Shown here one piece after another: positions 25,173 through 36,683 of a stretch of DNA of 64,000 nucleotides. The stretch comes from Octopus sinensis (Eukaryota): positions 1 to 64,000 of the forward strand of contig NW_021835970.1 in NCBI RefSeq assembly GCF_006345805.1, given 5' to 3'. The translations under genes and the position numbers were made by a program. Position 1 is the first letter of the stretch, and each line of letters opens with the position of its first letter. The notes beneath the pieces were generated by a model that had not been told where the DNA came from, did no database searches, and saw only the letters and a program-made list of their open reading frames with translations.

Positions 25173-26340
25173 TCCTGATTAACGGCCGTCATTAAACCTT
25201 CAAGGTTTTGCCCATCGAGTGGAGAATCTTTGAAGACCACGCGAACAGTAATGTCGTTTATGAACATGAGCTGGTTGGTGCTAAAACACCCTCCATCATC
25301 CTCGATCGATATTGTTCGAATTGGGCAAGAGGACTTTACACAGCGTTCTACTAAACCTCGTCTATATCGCATTTTTTTCGTGAAGAGAACAAAACTAAAA
25401 AAACAAAGATTCTTCCTCTAATTGTGAAATTAATTGAAGATTGTCAATTGGATCCGAGGAAATTAGTGATGTGCTTTTTATGGTTGTCAGTAAAACTGGT
25501 TTTCCTGGACTTATGAATAAATGGAGATGTGATAATAACTGAACTTCAATATATTGTGTCGTTACATTATACATCAGGAAAATCTAATTTCAAAAATATA
25601 AAAAATGGAAAATGTTTATTTTGTTGTAATAGGAATCGCTAATTCGATTTGGACGAACGTTTTGAATCACCGAAAATTTAAAACATTTTTAACTGAAACG
25701 TATTCGGTCGATGGCAATGTTTTCTTTTTTTAGTAGTGAGATGTTAAGCCGTTAGCTCAAGTCTCAGAAAGTAAATTTCTTTTATATATTTTTTTTACAA
25801 AAATAAGGAACAATAAGGAGTGAAAAGATAGCTAAGCTAATTACTGGTTTTACGAGACACCCGGCCAGCCTCGCGAATGGCAAAGCCGTTCCCTCGGATC
25901 ACAGCAATCGACAGACGATCCAGGAGCCAAGAATACTCTTTTGGATCGTGGCTAGTCCTTGAAATCCGTCGGCCGAGCGAGCTAAGGAAGCGGAGTGTCT
26001 TGGGGCTTTTATATTATATATAGATTTTATAAACTTCTTCTGAAATTATTTTATTAACTTAAAATAAAGTGGACAATACACTATTGAAAGACAAAGGATG
26101 GGTAGCAGATATAGCATTTTACGTTGATATATCTGTACATCTGTCTACAATGAATGGCGAAGTACAAGGCTAAAATAAGCTTAATTATCAAATTTAGGAT
26201 ATATTGCTGCATTCGCTAAGAAATTACGTTTATGAAAAACGCAGATATCCACTAAAGAATACATACATTTCCTATATTTGTAGGAAAATTTCTAAAATGG
26301 TTCAACTGAAAAATATTTAAAAATAATTGAAGATTTAATA
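25173..26340 (-). repeat. Right arm of the ~1.18-kb inverted repeat
   Basis: Reverse complement of 20428-21606. Confidence 0.92.
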
Positions 26341-26344
26341 GCTT

Positions 26345-27570
26345 CTGCAGAAAACCTCTCCATTCTATTCTCTCTAACAGTTATGAGAATATTGATATTC
26401 CTGAATTTTCTCAATGACTTACTAAAGGTAAAGAAAATAACAGTTTTCTGCAGAAGCAAATTTATTTTCAAATGAAAAAAATTCAACATGCAATCAATGT
26501 AACAAGGCCAAAAATGTTGTTGATCATCTGGCAACACGATTTAGCAGAATCCTATACAGGGACTGCATGAGAAGACATAATGAAGGTGTTAGATGCATAC
26601 ATCTGCATTTTTATATCCAAACGTCTAAAGACACACTCATTCGGTCAATTGCTGCGACACAAAAAACAAAAATCCAAGTGGTCACTTTAAGTATAATTGC
26701 CGCTGAAATAGAAGACAGATAAGACATTTTCGTTTATGACAAAGTGAAAAATGAGATCGTGATTATAGAAATTAGAATCACGTCGAAAAACATTCAAACA
26801 GACTGAGGTGGTTAGACAAGTATGACTTGTTAGATAGTGAATTGAAAATTTTATTATGCTAAAAGAATAGTTTGTACTAGTTTTTTTGTAAGCTCGGACT
26901 TGTTCAAATATTGTTCTGAAGATACAACAAACTAGAAGATGTCAAAGACGAGTACGTGTCCGTGCACGTCATATCCAAAAATATGATGGGACCACGTAAT
27001 GACGAATTTAAATATCATAAATATAAAATTAATTCTTTATTTTAATTAATCATAAATTTTAACGATTTTTTTAATCGGACAGCCTATTTTTATTAATAAA
27101 ATACATTATACCAGCAGCCGTTTTAAAATGGTTGATCATATGTATTCTGCTTCAAGCGATTCTGACGATTGTTCAGTAATTGTATATTTACATAATAAAA
27201 ACTTACTAGCTACCTGATGTGGCTTTTAGTTCTGCCTACATGCCAGATATAGAAAAGAGAAAATGTCATTCTTTATTCTTCGATTTTGAAGAAGGAGATT
27301 TCTGGAAAGTAAATTCCGAAGATCCTAAATTTCGTCGATTCATCAATTATAAAGAATTCAAACAATTTTATAATGTAATTTCACTGTAATTTAGAAATTC
27401 ATTAGACTGTGCCGGTATTCAATGAATTCTATGGTCGCTTCGAATTCTATTTAAGCGATGAAACTTTTGTCACAAATTTCGTGTTTGAACTTAAAAACCG
27501 TCCAAAGAATTAACCAAAAACGAACGAGCCAAATAGAAAATTGTTAATCGATGCAAATAATGTTTTCGTT
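26345..27570 (+). pseudogene. Diverged copy of gene B, interrupted by a retrotransposon
   Basis: Matches the unit sequence with scattered substitutions. The 26-, 28- and 31-nt GT-AG introns are retained. Confidence 0.75.
26527..27114 (+). mobile_element. Degenerate 3' end of an R4/Dong-like RLE retrotransposon
   Basis: LATRFSRILYRDCMRRHNEGVRCIHL...DIFVYDKVKNEIVIIEI...KYDLL. It splits gttgatca|gccg of gene B. Confidence 0.7.
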
Positions 27571-28169
27571 GTTTAAAAAATTCTTTATTTGGTTATTTTA
27601 GAATAATTTTTGTAGTTAGTTCTTCAAAAATATTTTTGGGAAATTTCAAAAAAATATTGGATAGGATCTTACAGTTTTGTTGACTGCAAGGAAGAATAGA
27701 AATTGCCTCAGGGCGTCGCCTTGTTATAGACTCAATTATTTTATGTTACGAATCTGAGTGCAGAATGCTTAGTGTATGCTAGGCAACCTCGTGGGATACA
27801 TTCTTTGCTTCACATCTAACCTCGTGTGCTCTGCTGGCTAAATCAGTTCGACTCCCTCAAGCAACCATCTTGTTGTATAGGCGTCAAAAATATTTCTGTA
27901 CCAGTCTCTTGTTCTTTGCAATAAAAAATTTTGTTCTGTTAATTGTCATTTTATAATATTTATCTTGACCAAAATAGATTTTGAAATAGAGTTCAAATAT
28001 TTTTTTTAATTTTTTTCCACTCCAAAAGTAGCCGGTTCTGGCTATGCGACAACTCGCCTAAATTTATTTGGCGACAACTCTAAATAAACAATTTTATTTT
28101 TACCAGATCAAATCTGAATAATTAAAATTTTATCAATATAATACAGATAGAAAAAAGACAGTCTTACCT

Positions 28170-29000
28170 ATTGGAGGTGCAGAAGTCGAGAATGCAGGGC
28201 GAGGTGCACGGTGGATGCTCAAAACAAGTTGAGTACAAAAAATGCTCTTAATTATGGCCCGTTTGGGGATCATAAGATAAAAAGCATCTGACCAGAAAGA
28301 TGCCGTCTAATTTTTTCGTCGTCTAATGTAATTGGCTGTAATTTCCATTTCGGCCAAATCATACGACGGAAAATACAATGTCTTCGTCTTGTGTGAGCCT
28401 ACAAAGACGTTTCATCGTGGGAACGAAAATTATTGAGTAAATGCTACCATTTAGCTTTCATCCCTATGGAAAATGTTTTATTGGAATTTGAAAAATTTTC
28501 TCTTGATGCCACAGGAAAAGAAAACGACCAAAAAATAATGAATTTTTTGATTTATTTAAAAAAAATTTTATCGCTGACCCATCTTATGACGTCAGTGCTA
28601 CCATTTAGCTTTCATCCCTGTGGAAAATGTTTTATTGGAATTTGAAAAATTTTCTCTTGATGCTACAGAAAAAGAAATCAACCAAAAAATAATGAATTTT
28701 TTGATTTATTTTAAAAAACATTTTATTGCTGACCCATCTTGTTTTTGGAGTCGTTTTCATCAGGTATTAAAGTCGATGCCTAGGACAAATAATTCATTAA
28801 AAGGTTGGTATTAGCTGTTGAACAGTTCTTTTAACATAGCGCACCCAAATTTGACAGCTTTTGTCAATGTTTTGACCAGGGAAGAACAAAGAATTTTTGC
28901 GATTTGTAATAAGTCAGGAAGGTATCTTGAAGTGTCTGCGACAAACAGCAAAAAGGAACTTGAACTGAGAATAGCATGTTAAAATTTTCATGAATTTGAA
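28170..29000 (+). pseudogene. MULE-like transposase remnants with FLYWCH-like finger and internal tandem duplication
   Basis: YWRCRSRECRARCT at about 28170 and PRTNNSLKGW...HPNL at about 28780. A ~170-bp duplication at about 28435 and 28605. Confidence 0.65.
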
Positions 29001-29121
29001 GTAGATTGCTATTTTAAGCAAATTGGTGGTTTGATTTGCTTTAAAAGTTCAGAATAAAAAGTAATTGTTTTAAAATTTTATTTACCCTTAAAAGTAGAAC
29101 TACTTAGGCTCGGTACACCCA

Positions 29122-30337
29122 TGAATTTTACGAGATTACAGATTAAATTACTAGTGTACTAATAAAGAACTTTTGTTTATAAATCCCATTCCGTGGAGCG
29201 GAGGAATTATATGCGTATATGAAAGTAATAATATGTTTGGTCTATAGTTATAGGACACACTCATAATTGGCGACGACCTTTGCCAGTTTTTCGCTTGCTT
29301 AGAATTTAACATTAATTATTTTGACTGTTTCGACACATATTTGTGTCAGAACTTGTTGAAATGATGCAAAAATCTGGCAGCGAAAAGAAGTCATTGAAAG
29401 AAACGCCCAGAATCATTTGGACTTCGACTTCGAAAATTATGACTCGTGTCAGGAATAAGAGCTGCGCGTGATCTTTACTAATTAGTCGATTCTATAAAAA
29501 AACATTAGATTAGATTGGTAAATTTTAAAATTTGTCCGAATTTTATTTTTTAACCTCGTGTGCTCTGCAGGCTAAATCAGTTCGATACACCAAGGCCTGT
29601 GACATTATTAATTTATAAAAATAAAAAAAATTAAATTCGTGTTCAGTTTAAAAAAATCTAGAAAAAAATATAACAATAATGATTAAAATTTGGTAGAAAT
29701 TGATCATTTTAGATTTTAGGGCGCTAAAATACAAGATCCCCAATCCGGGAACAAATAAATAAAAGTTAGCCATAAGAATATAAAGAATAGAACTTTCTAT
29801 CAAAAAATAAAGTAAAATTCAATTAATAAAGATAAATGAAAAGATTTGAAATAAGCGAAATAAACAAATTGAAAGAATAAACTCGCAAATATGACAAAAT
29901 GATGAAATTTCAGATAATTTATTATTAAAGAAAAACTACATCGCAAAATATTCCTTCTAATCCAAATAAATAAAAAAATAAAAGAGACAAATAATGGCAA
30001 ATTGTGAAACAGAATTGCGAGCAGATTGTTTCCTTGGAAATTTTTGCTCCAGTAGATTTTCGAGCAGTTTTGTTTGTTCTAGCCATATTTTGTTTTTAGA
30101 ACCGATTCGAGTTATTTTGTTTTATATTATTCCGAATTTTAAACAACGTTATTCCGAATTTTTTCGAGTAAGTAATGCAAAAAAGTATCATTCGAAATTT
30201 TTTTGGTTAATTCACTCATCATTTTTAAAATAAAAAATTAAATATTTTTAAAATAATATTTATTAGCACCATCAAATAATTGTAACTATTGCTTAAATTG
30301 ATGAATTTTGCGAGATTACAGACTAAATTACTAGTTA
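29122..30337 (+). repeat. Dispersed ~1.2-kb X-Y-H3tail-Z repeat (other copies at about 40713-45170, 51740-52895, 53115-54245 inverted, 58845-59810 inverted)
   Basis: Shared blocks aatcccattccgtggagcg..., cgtgtgctctgcaggctaaatcag..., the H3-tail and ...attactagtgtactaatt. H3-tail ATG at 30086 (minus). Confidence 0.85.
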
Positions 30338-30540
30338 ACAATTAAACAAAAAGCAGAGAACGATCAGATCCCGGTCAAAAGAATAGCTTGCAAGTTGTCG
30401 CGCATGATTGTAACCGAGATCCTCTGTTTCAGCCAAGAAGATCGCGTGTGCATACATGTTTCTCCGAGCTATAAGGAGGCCGACATCTTTTAAGAACTTG
30501 GATGTTGAGAAGGCTGCGGAGGTCCGAATGGCAAAGGAAC
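30338..30540 (-). mobile_element. CRE family C insertion, duplicate of 896-1100
   Basis: aattactagtta at 30326-30337 and 30541-30552. Confidence 0.85.
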
Positions 30541-30612
30541 AATTACTAGTTAGATTTCGATTGTTGCAATAGTTATTTAGAGAACAAATGAATAAAAATT
30601 ATTTTTAAAGTG

Positions 30613-30973
30613 TTATTTTGTATTGTGTACTTAGTAACTGCCTTTGCACCTTCTGTAATAGCATGTTTTGCCAATTCACCCGGAAGAATCAGACGAACTG
30701 CAGTCTGTATTTCACGTGAGGTTGGTAGCTTCGAATTCTGATAGACTAAATTTGAAGCCTCGGTTTTTATTTTGTCAAACATCGAATGATGTAAAACTGT
30801 CCATAGCCATCATAGCCTTCTTGACATCCCAAGTTTGATATGTACTGTCTTTAAAATTTTCATAAGATATATCGAAAAAGTTTTCCTTTTCTTTTTTTCT
30901 TTGTACGACCGGAAAAATTTTTTGTTTTAATGGGAGCTCTTTTTTGTCCTTTTGTGCTAACTTTAGGTGCCAT
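30613..30973 (-). pseudogene. H2B: Histone H2B second copy, frameshifted by small indels (possibly sequencing error)
   Basis: Reverse complement of 459-824; [32 protein letters not shown]. Confidence 0.9.
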
Positions 30974-30999
30974 TATTAACAAAATTTGTATGTTCCGAA

Positions 31000-32101
31000 C
31001 GAACGAAGAATTTTATTGTAAGAAAGAAGAGCGAGACAGAAACTTAGTGCGGAAAGTAATTTTGACGAGACGATTGCTTTGGGCATTCGAGCTCTTCCAT
31101 GGTTCGTCCGCTTTGTCTGTCTATGAGCAGGGACACCTGCTATTCTCCACGATCGATGAATAGGTCAGTTACTTTAGAGCGTTTCCGAAAAGTTCGGATA
31201 GAAGCCTCGATGGCCTGCCGTAGCTCTGGAGACTTGCTCTCCGCCCAGCTTGGACAGGCTCCCATGGATTTAGCATATAGGCTAGTTTTAGAGCGTATCT
31301 CCGTATTTTTTCGCATTTTCGCAGAATTTTCTCATATTGTTTCGAGTAGAACCAAGCTTCCATACCATACAGTAGGTGGGCAAGATTGTTGCATGGTATA
31401 CAAATTGGAAGGTATTTGGATTCAAGTGCATGCTTCTTAGGAGTCGGAGAGCGGCGATGGCTTTCCCTTTTCTCCGTTTGAAATGCAAATGGTATCCCGA
31501 GTTTGCGTCGATTGTGAGCCCCAGGTAACGTATGCTCTCAGCGAGCAATTTCCACCAAAGAGCCGGGTTTGCGATCTTGCGACTTTCTTGGGTTAATTTG
31601 GAGATATGCAGATTTGTCCATGGCCAGCGAGAGTCGCTTACCAATGCACCAATTCTTTATCTCCTCAATGTAGCCGGCAAGTCGTTTCTCCGAGGCATTG
31701 GTGTCCATCGAGGTGTCCAGAACGAGAACATCGTCCGCGTAGAGGAGTAGGGATGTCCTGGGATCGGAGGGTGTGGGGAAACTGCTCATTACCAAATTGA
31801 AAAAGATTGGGCTGAGACAGGACCCCTGCGGAACCCCCCTTCGGAGCAAAATATATCTTGAGAAGAAGCCCGACTCAGAGATAAAAGAGTAGCGATTTGA
31901 GAGGAAGCAGCGCATCCAGAGGAAGACTTCCGCTGTTGGCTCACAGAGTTCGATCCTTTCCAGTAGGTCTCTGTGCCAGACGCTGTCAAAAGCCTTTGAG
32001 ATGTCCAGACATACAAGAGATAAAGTTTCTTTAAACTCCGTTGCTCTCGAGATGGTGGACTGTACCGTAATGAAACAGTCACCGCAGCTACGTCCAGAGC
32101 G
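31000..32101 (-). mobile_element. 5'-truncated LINE-B (Jockey/I-like RT to 3' tail) in the H2B 5' region with a 19-bp TSD
   Basis: FRSGRSCGD, LDISKAFD, GVPQGSCLSP and LYADD motifs. aaaatttgtatgttccgaa at 30981-30999 and 32102-32120. Confidence 0.92.
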
Positions 32102-32120
32102 AAAATTTGTATGTTCCGAA

Positions 32121-32200
32121 GGGAAAAAACATTATATAATAAAAAAGTATTATTCCAAAATTTTTTTAAAAAGTATCATTCCGAATTTTTTGAGAGGAAT
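32121..32200 (-). promoter_or_regulatory. Displaced H2B upstream region with two histone motifs (aaaattcggaatgatactttt; ttttggaataatactttt)
   Basis: Lies beyond the distal TSD and shares the motif found upstream of H3. Confidence 0.5.
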
Positions 32201-32344
32201 AATTTGTAATAGTAGATAATTAAAATATTTCTAATAAAATAAAACAATAAAGTAAAAACGAGAAAGTTATAAATTAGTAATGTCATGAGGAAATTATTAT
32301 TATAAAATTCCGTAGGAACATTAACAAAGTTATAATCCGACACG

Positions 32345-32700
32345 TGTCACAAGCAAAACAATCTTCTGTTCCTTGCTCGTCCATGCCCCTCTGTTGCGGG
32401 CGAAATCCGTAAAGATTTTAGGTCGTCCCAGTTTTTGAAACTTTTGCCACGAAGTTTGAGATCCCTTTCAAGAACTGCCGGAAGAGTGGATCTAGATCTT
32501 CCACGATATTTGTCTCCATGTTCGGAAAAATAATCATCCATTGCCGGAGCTCTGGGGTCCATTCGCAAAATATTAATAAATAATTTCCACCGGCCTCTAA
32601 CGATTTCACCGACCTTCCGCGAGCTTGGTTCGAAATGCCCACATTGAAAATCTTATCATAAGACAGTCACCCATTTGGCAACTCGATGCAATAGAATGCT
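32345..32700 (-). pseudogene. RTE-like LINE C-terminal fragment
   Basis: WKLFINILRMDPRAPAM...YRGRSRSTLPAVLERDL...RNRGAW resembles RTE C-termini. Confidence 0.55.
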
Positions 32701-32829
32701 TAATTCCGAGTAAACAAGGCGACATAACGAAATTGTTAAATGCATACACATGCACCTATGCAGAAAATTTATATTCAAAAAATCAAAAAGGTTAAAGACT
32801 CACTCTATCCAAAGAGTTGACACTACTAT

Positions 32830-33315
32830 CCTTAGTTAATTTACTAAATAATTAAGATTAATTTATTCAAGTTTAATGCAACTTGGGTCACTCGTCTTCT
32901 GAAAAAGTTAAATTTGTTGACTTAAATAGCAATATCAAAAAAATGACAATTTGGGAAATTAATTATTTTAAAAATAAAATGAATAACAACGTCATTAAGA
33001 AATGCCAAATCGCGAATAAAAAAGCTCATTCGAAACGTAAAGAAAAAAGTAAATTTACAAAAAATAACACTTATAGATGAATTAAAAACAACACTGATCA
33101 CCAACCCGTAATAGCGACCACTCCAATGCAGTTAAGCATTATTGAACTCCAAAAACAAGCCGTAAACAGATGACCGTACAGGAGAAATTCTGGAAGTAGT
33201 GGACAGTTTTGACGTTCTGTCCCAATCAGAGGCCAACTACTTAGTCCTAGACCAGAATTACTTGACAGAGCTAAAATAATCGAAAATCCACCAACATATG
33301 CCCCTTCAGAACACA
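32830..33315 (+). repeat. Partial duplicate of the gene C region (about 50070-50560)
   Basis: Close match by eye, including the 29-nt intron position. Confidence 0.8.
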
Positions 33316-33317
33316 GC

Positions 33318-35353
33318 CAATCGCTGCATTGCACGAAAGCACGCAACGCACCTAATCGCTGCATTGCACGCATTTTCGTACGTGCAATGTGATCATCAAA
33401 CTTACCGGACGGCTTAAAGAGCACGCCCAAATAAGTCATCCGATCAACTGCAGCGATTGCTGACCCGCTCAGCAATAACCTAGGAACAAAAATAGTGTAA
33501 CCCCTCGTCCTTTTACAGACTTTAAGGACACTGCACTTGTCCGCGCACATTCTCAGACCCCTACTCCCACACCAGTTTGCAAGTCCATCCACAGCAACTG
33601 AAGCCTACGACACGCACACTCCGGTTTCATTGAGTGATCCCAGAGGATAATGTCGTATGCATAGATTACCATTTCAGTACGAGCATTGACTGGCATAGGC
33701 GCAGTGGCATAAACACATTGAATAGTGTCGGACTGAGCACAGAGCCCTGAGGGACCCCGCGAAGGACTGTTGCGACTTTAGAAAAGACCCCCTGATGCCG
33801 CACGACCTGTCTGCGAGATTCAAGAAACCCCGACAGCCAGCGCCTTAGACACGGAGAAACCCCACACGTGGCAAGGGAACTCCGGAGGCCGTCGTGCCAC
33901 ACCGAGTCGAAGGCCTTTTCAATGTCGAGACTAACTAAAATACCGCATTCCCTTTTCTGGAGGGCGCTCTTCATACTAGACGACACCTTGTGAAGGCAGT
34001 CCCCGCATGAGCGGCCCTCCTGAAGCCCCATTGGAACTCAGGGAGGGCGTCTGCCACCATCAGCTCTCCAGGAGCCTTTGGTGCATAATTCTTTCTAGGA
34101 TTTTAGATATCGCGGGGAGCAAGGAAATGGGCCTATATCCCCGGGGACATCATGTGGCTTCCCGGGTTTTCCGATAAGGATCACCTCAGCTACTTTCCAC
34201 CTGGAAGGAATCATCCCAAGTCGCAAGCTCCCGTTAAATAAACCTTTAGCGCAGTGATTAACCGTGGCAGGGCCTTCTTAAAGATGGCCATCGGGATCCG
34301 ATCCAAGCCCGCCGCGGTGTTCTTACTTCGGGAGATTGCTGCCAGAATCTCCGCTTCAGTAATTTCGCCTGCATCGTCATTGATAATCCAGCTGGCAGCG
34401 CTTGTCCCACGACAATATCTGCTGGACAGTATCAAAGGACGATGTCTCTACGAACTGACTTCCGTCAGTTCCCGAGAGATGTCATTGAGATGGGCTGAAA
34501 GTATTTCAACCACCTCAACCGGGTCCGAAGCGAGGGTTCCATCAGAGCGTTTAAGGCGCACTGACTTAGCCCCCCTTCTCCCCGACAGGCTCTTCAACTG
34601 CTTCCAGAAGTCCGGAAAGCGAGGGTCCACGCTTCGGCAGGCCCTCTCCCACCGCGAACTTTCGGCCTTCTTAAAGATGGCCATCGGGATCCGATCCAAG
34701 AAGTACCAGGCGCTCGGCTTCTGCAGGAGATCCCAGTGTTAGCTCCGCCACTTCAAGAGGGCGATTACCCTGCTTGAAGCGTGCAATGGCAGAGGCACTG
34801 GGGTACTCCTGCTGCAGGTGATCTAGGAGGTCATTATCCTCGAAGTCCCGAGGAACCCCGAGGAGGAGGACACTTACCTTTCTTACCTTACGTTCGATCC
34901 TGACTAGGCGATTGCATGCCAGGACCGAACGGATTTGACTTCTCCAACTCCCCTTTGAAGTTGGAGAAGTCATCCTCCTTCTCCCACCCAAGCAGGAATT
35001 GGTGGGGCTCCCTCTTCAGGACTCTATACAGCTTGAGGGCTGGATAGAGTCCAAGACACCTAAAATTTTTATGACCGAGGCCTTCCCACTAATAGGGAGG
35101 ACCTCAAGTCGTGCCACAGCACCAAAGGTAATTCTACCCCCGGCGCCAGTGGTCTTCTTGGGTGTGCATCCACCTGAGCGGACACACACCCAGTACCTAA
35201 AACATTAGGGGGGGTTGGACGGCCGGCAACACGTTTGGGTTTCCCCACCGTGTGCCAACCGTCCTCGGGTGAAACCTTATTTCCTGCCGAGGAAGAAGAG
35301 TCTCCAGTGAGTGCTGAACCCACGTGGGAGGGTCCAGGCTTCTTCTTCCTATC
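33318..35353 (-). mobile_element. LINE-A 5'/central part: ORF1-like region, endonuclease deleted, RT; 3' end missing
   Basis: [10 protein letters not shown] and VLLLGVPRDF (ORF1-like); KNTAAGLDRIP; LDIEKAFDSVWH; GVPQGSVLSP. Confidence 0.85.
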
Positions 35354-35509
35354 CTCGTAAATTTTTCCAGAAATTCTTCGAACACCCCCTCTTCGACATA
35401 GTCTTCTTATTGCTGGCTTAGTAATTCCTTGTATATTGTCAATTAATATCTTTCGAAATCGTTTTGCACCACTTTTTCCTCCTTTGCCACCTTTACCACG
35501 TCCAGACAT
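35354..35509 (-). pseudogene. H4: Histone H4 5' half (52 codons) fused in frame to LINE-A ORF1 (fusion ORF 35069-35509)
   Basis: [52 protein letters not shown], followed by non-histone GC-rich sequence. Confidence 0.92.
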
Positions 35510-35528
35510 TAGGAAAAATTCTCTAAAT

Positions 35529-36640
35529 TCCTGGAGGAAAAATTTATTAGTTAAGGGAGGCAGTTAAAAACTAACTAAGTAGACCTTCGGCATCGCTGCC
35601 TTTTCAGTCTCCATCACACACACGCCTCCCTACACACAACCACAAGTTAACTTACTTACCTGCCTTCCTGCCATCCAGAATATCTTCTCTAGGACCTCAG
35701 AGAGGCCTTGAGGGATGATTCCTGGCGTCGGAGAGCTCAGTCCGGAATCCTAAGCCATAGGCTAGCCTTATGGCTCGTCTTCTTACTTTTTTAAGCACGT
35801 CAACATGCTTATCCCTGTCCTCATAGAGGTACCAAGCGTGGACGCCATAGGTCAAGACGGGTAACACCATGGCGTTAAACACGCGGAACCAGGCACCTCT
35901 GCTCAAGCGGAAAGCACGCAACGCACCTAATCGCTGCATTGCACGCATTTTCGTACGTGCAATGTGATCATCAAACTTACCGGACGGCTTAAAGAGCACG
36001 CCCAAATAAGTCATCCGATCAACTGCAGCGATTGCTGACCCGCTCAGCAATAACCTAGGAACAAAATTAGTGTAACCCCTCGTCCTTTTACAGACTTTAA
36101 GGACACTGCACTTGTCCGCGCACATTCTCAGACCCCTACTCCCACACCAGTTTGCAAGTCCATCCACAGCAACCTGAAGCCTACGACACGCACACTCCGG
36201 TTTCATTGAGTGATCCCAGAGGATAATGTCGTATGCATAGATTACCATTTCAGTACGAGCATTGACTGGCATAGGCGCAGTGGCCATAAACACTTGAATA
36301 GTGTCGGACTGAGCACAGAGCCCTGAGGGACCCCGCGAAGGACTGTTGCGACTTTAGAAAAGACCCCCTGATGCCGCACGACCTGTCTGCGAGATTCAAG
36401 AAACCCGACAGCCAGCGCCTTAGACACGGAGAAAACCCCACACGTGGCAAGGGAACTCCGGAGGCCGTCGTGCCACAACCGAGTCGAAGGCCTTTTCAAT
36501 GTCGAGACTAACTAAATATACCGCATTCCCTTTTTCTGGAGGGCGCTCTTCATACTAGACGACACCTTGTGAAGGCAGTCCCCGCATGAGCGGCCCTCCC
36601 TGAAGCCCCATTGGAACTCAGGGAGGGGAACTCAGGGAGG
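35529..36640 (-). mobile_element. 5'-truncated LINE-A (RT to 3' end), tail 19 nt upstream of the H4 ATG
   Basis: RT motifs, MTYLGV and PVLTYG. The 3' terminus ...tgcctcccttaactaataaatttttcctccagga is on the minus strand. Confidence 0.88.
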
Positions 36641-36674
36641 TGCCTCCCTTAACTAATAAATTTTTCCTCCAGGA
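36641..36674 (+). mobile_element. 34-bp LINE-A 3' terminus in the opposite orientation, 9 nt upstream of the H2A ATG
   Basis: Perfect inverted repeat of 35529-35562. Confidence 0.85.
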
Positions 36675-36683
36675 CAGAGTATA

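Noticed and set aside
32040-32101. Identical 5' truncation point of LINE-B and LINE-B'
   Set aside because: LINE-B continues about 35 nt further (FRSGRSCGD) to its TSD, so the end points differ.
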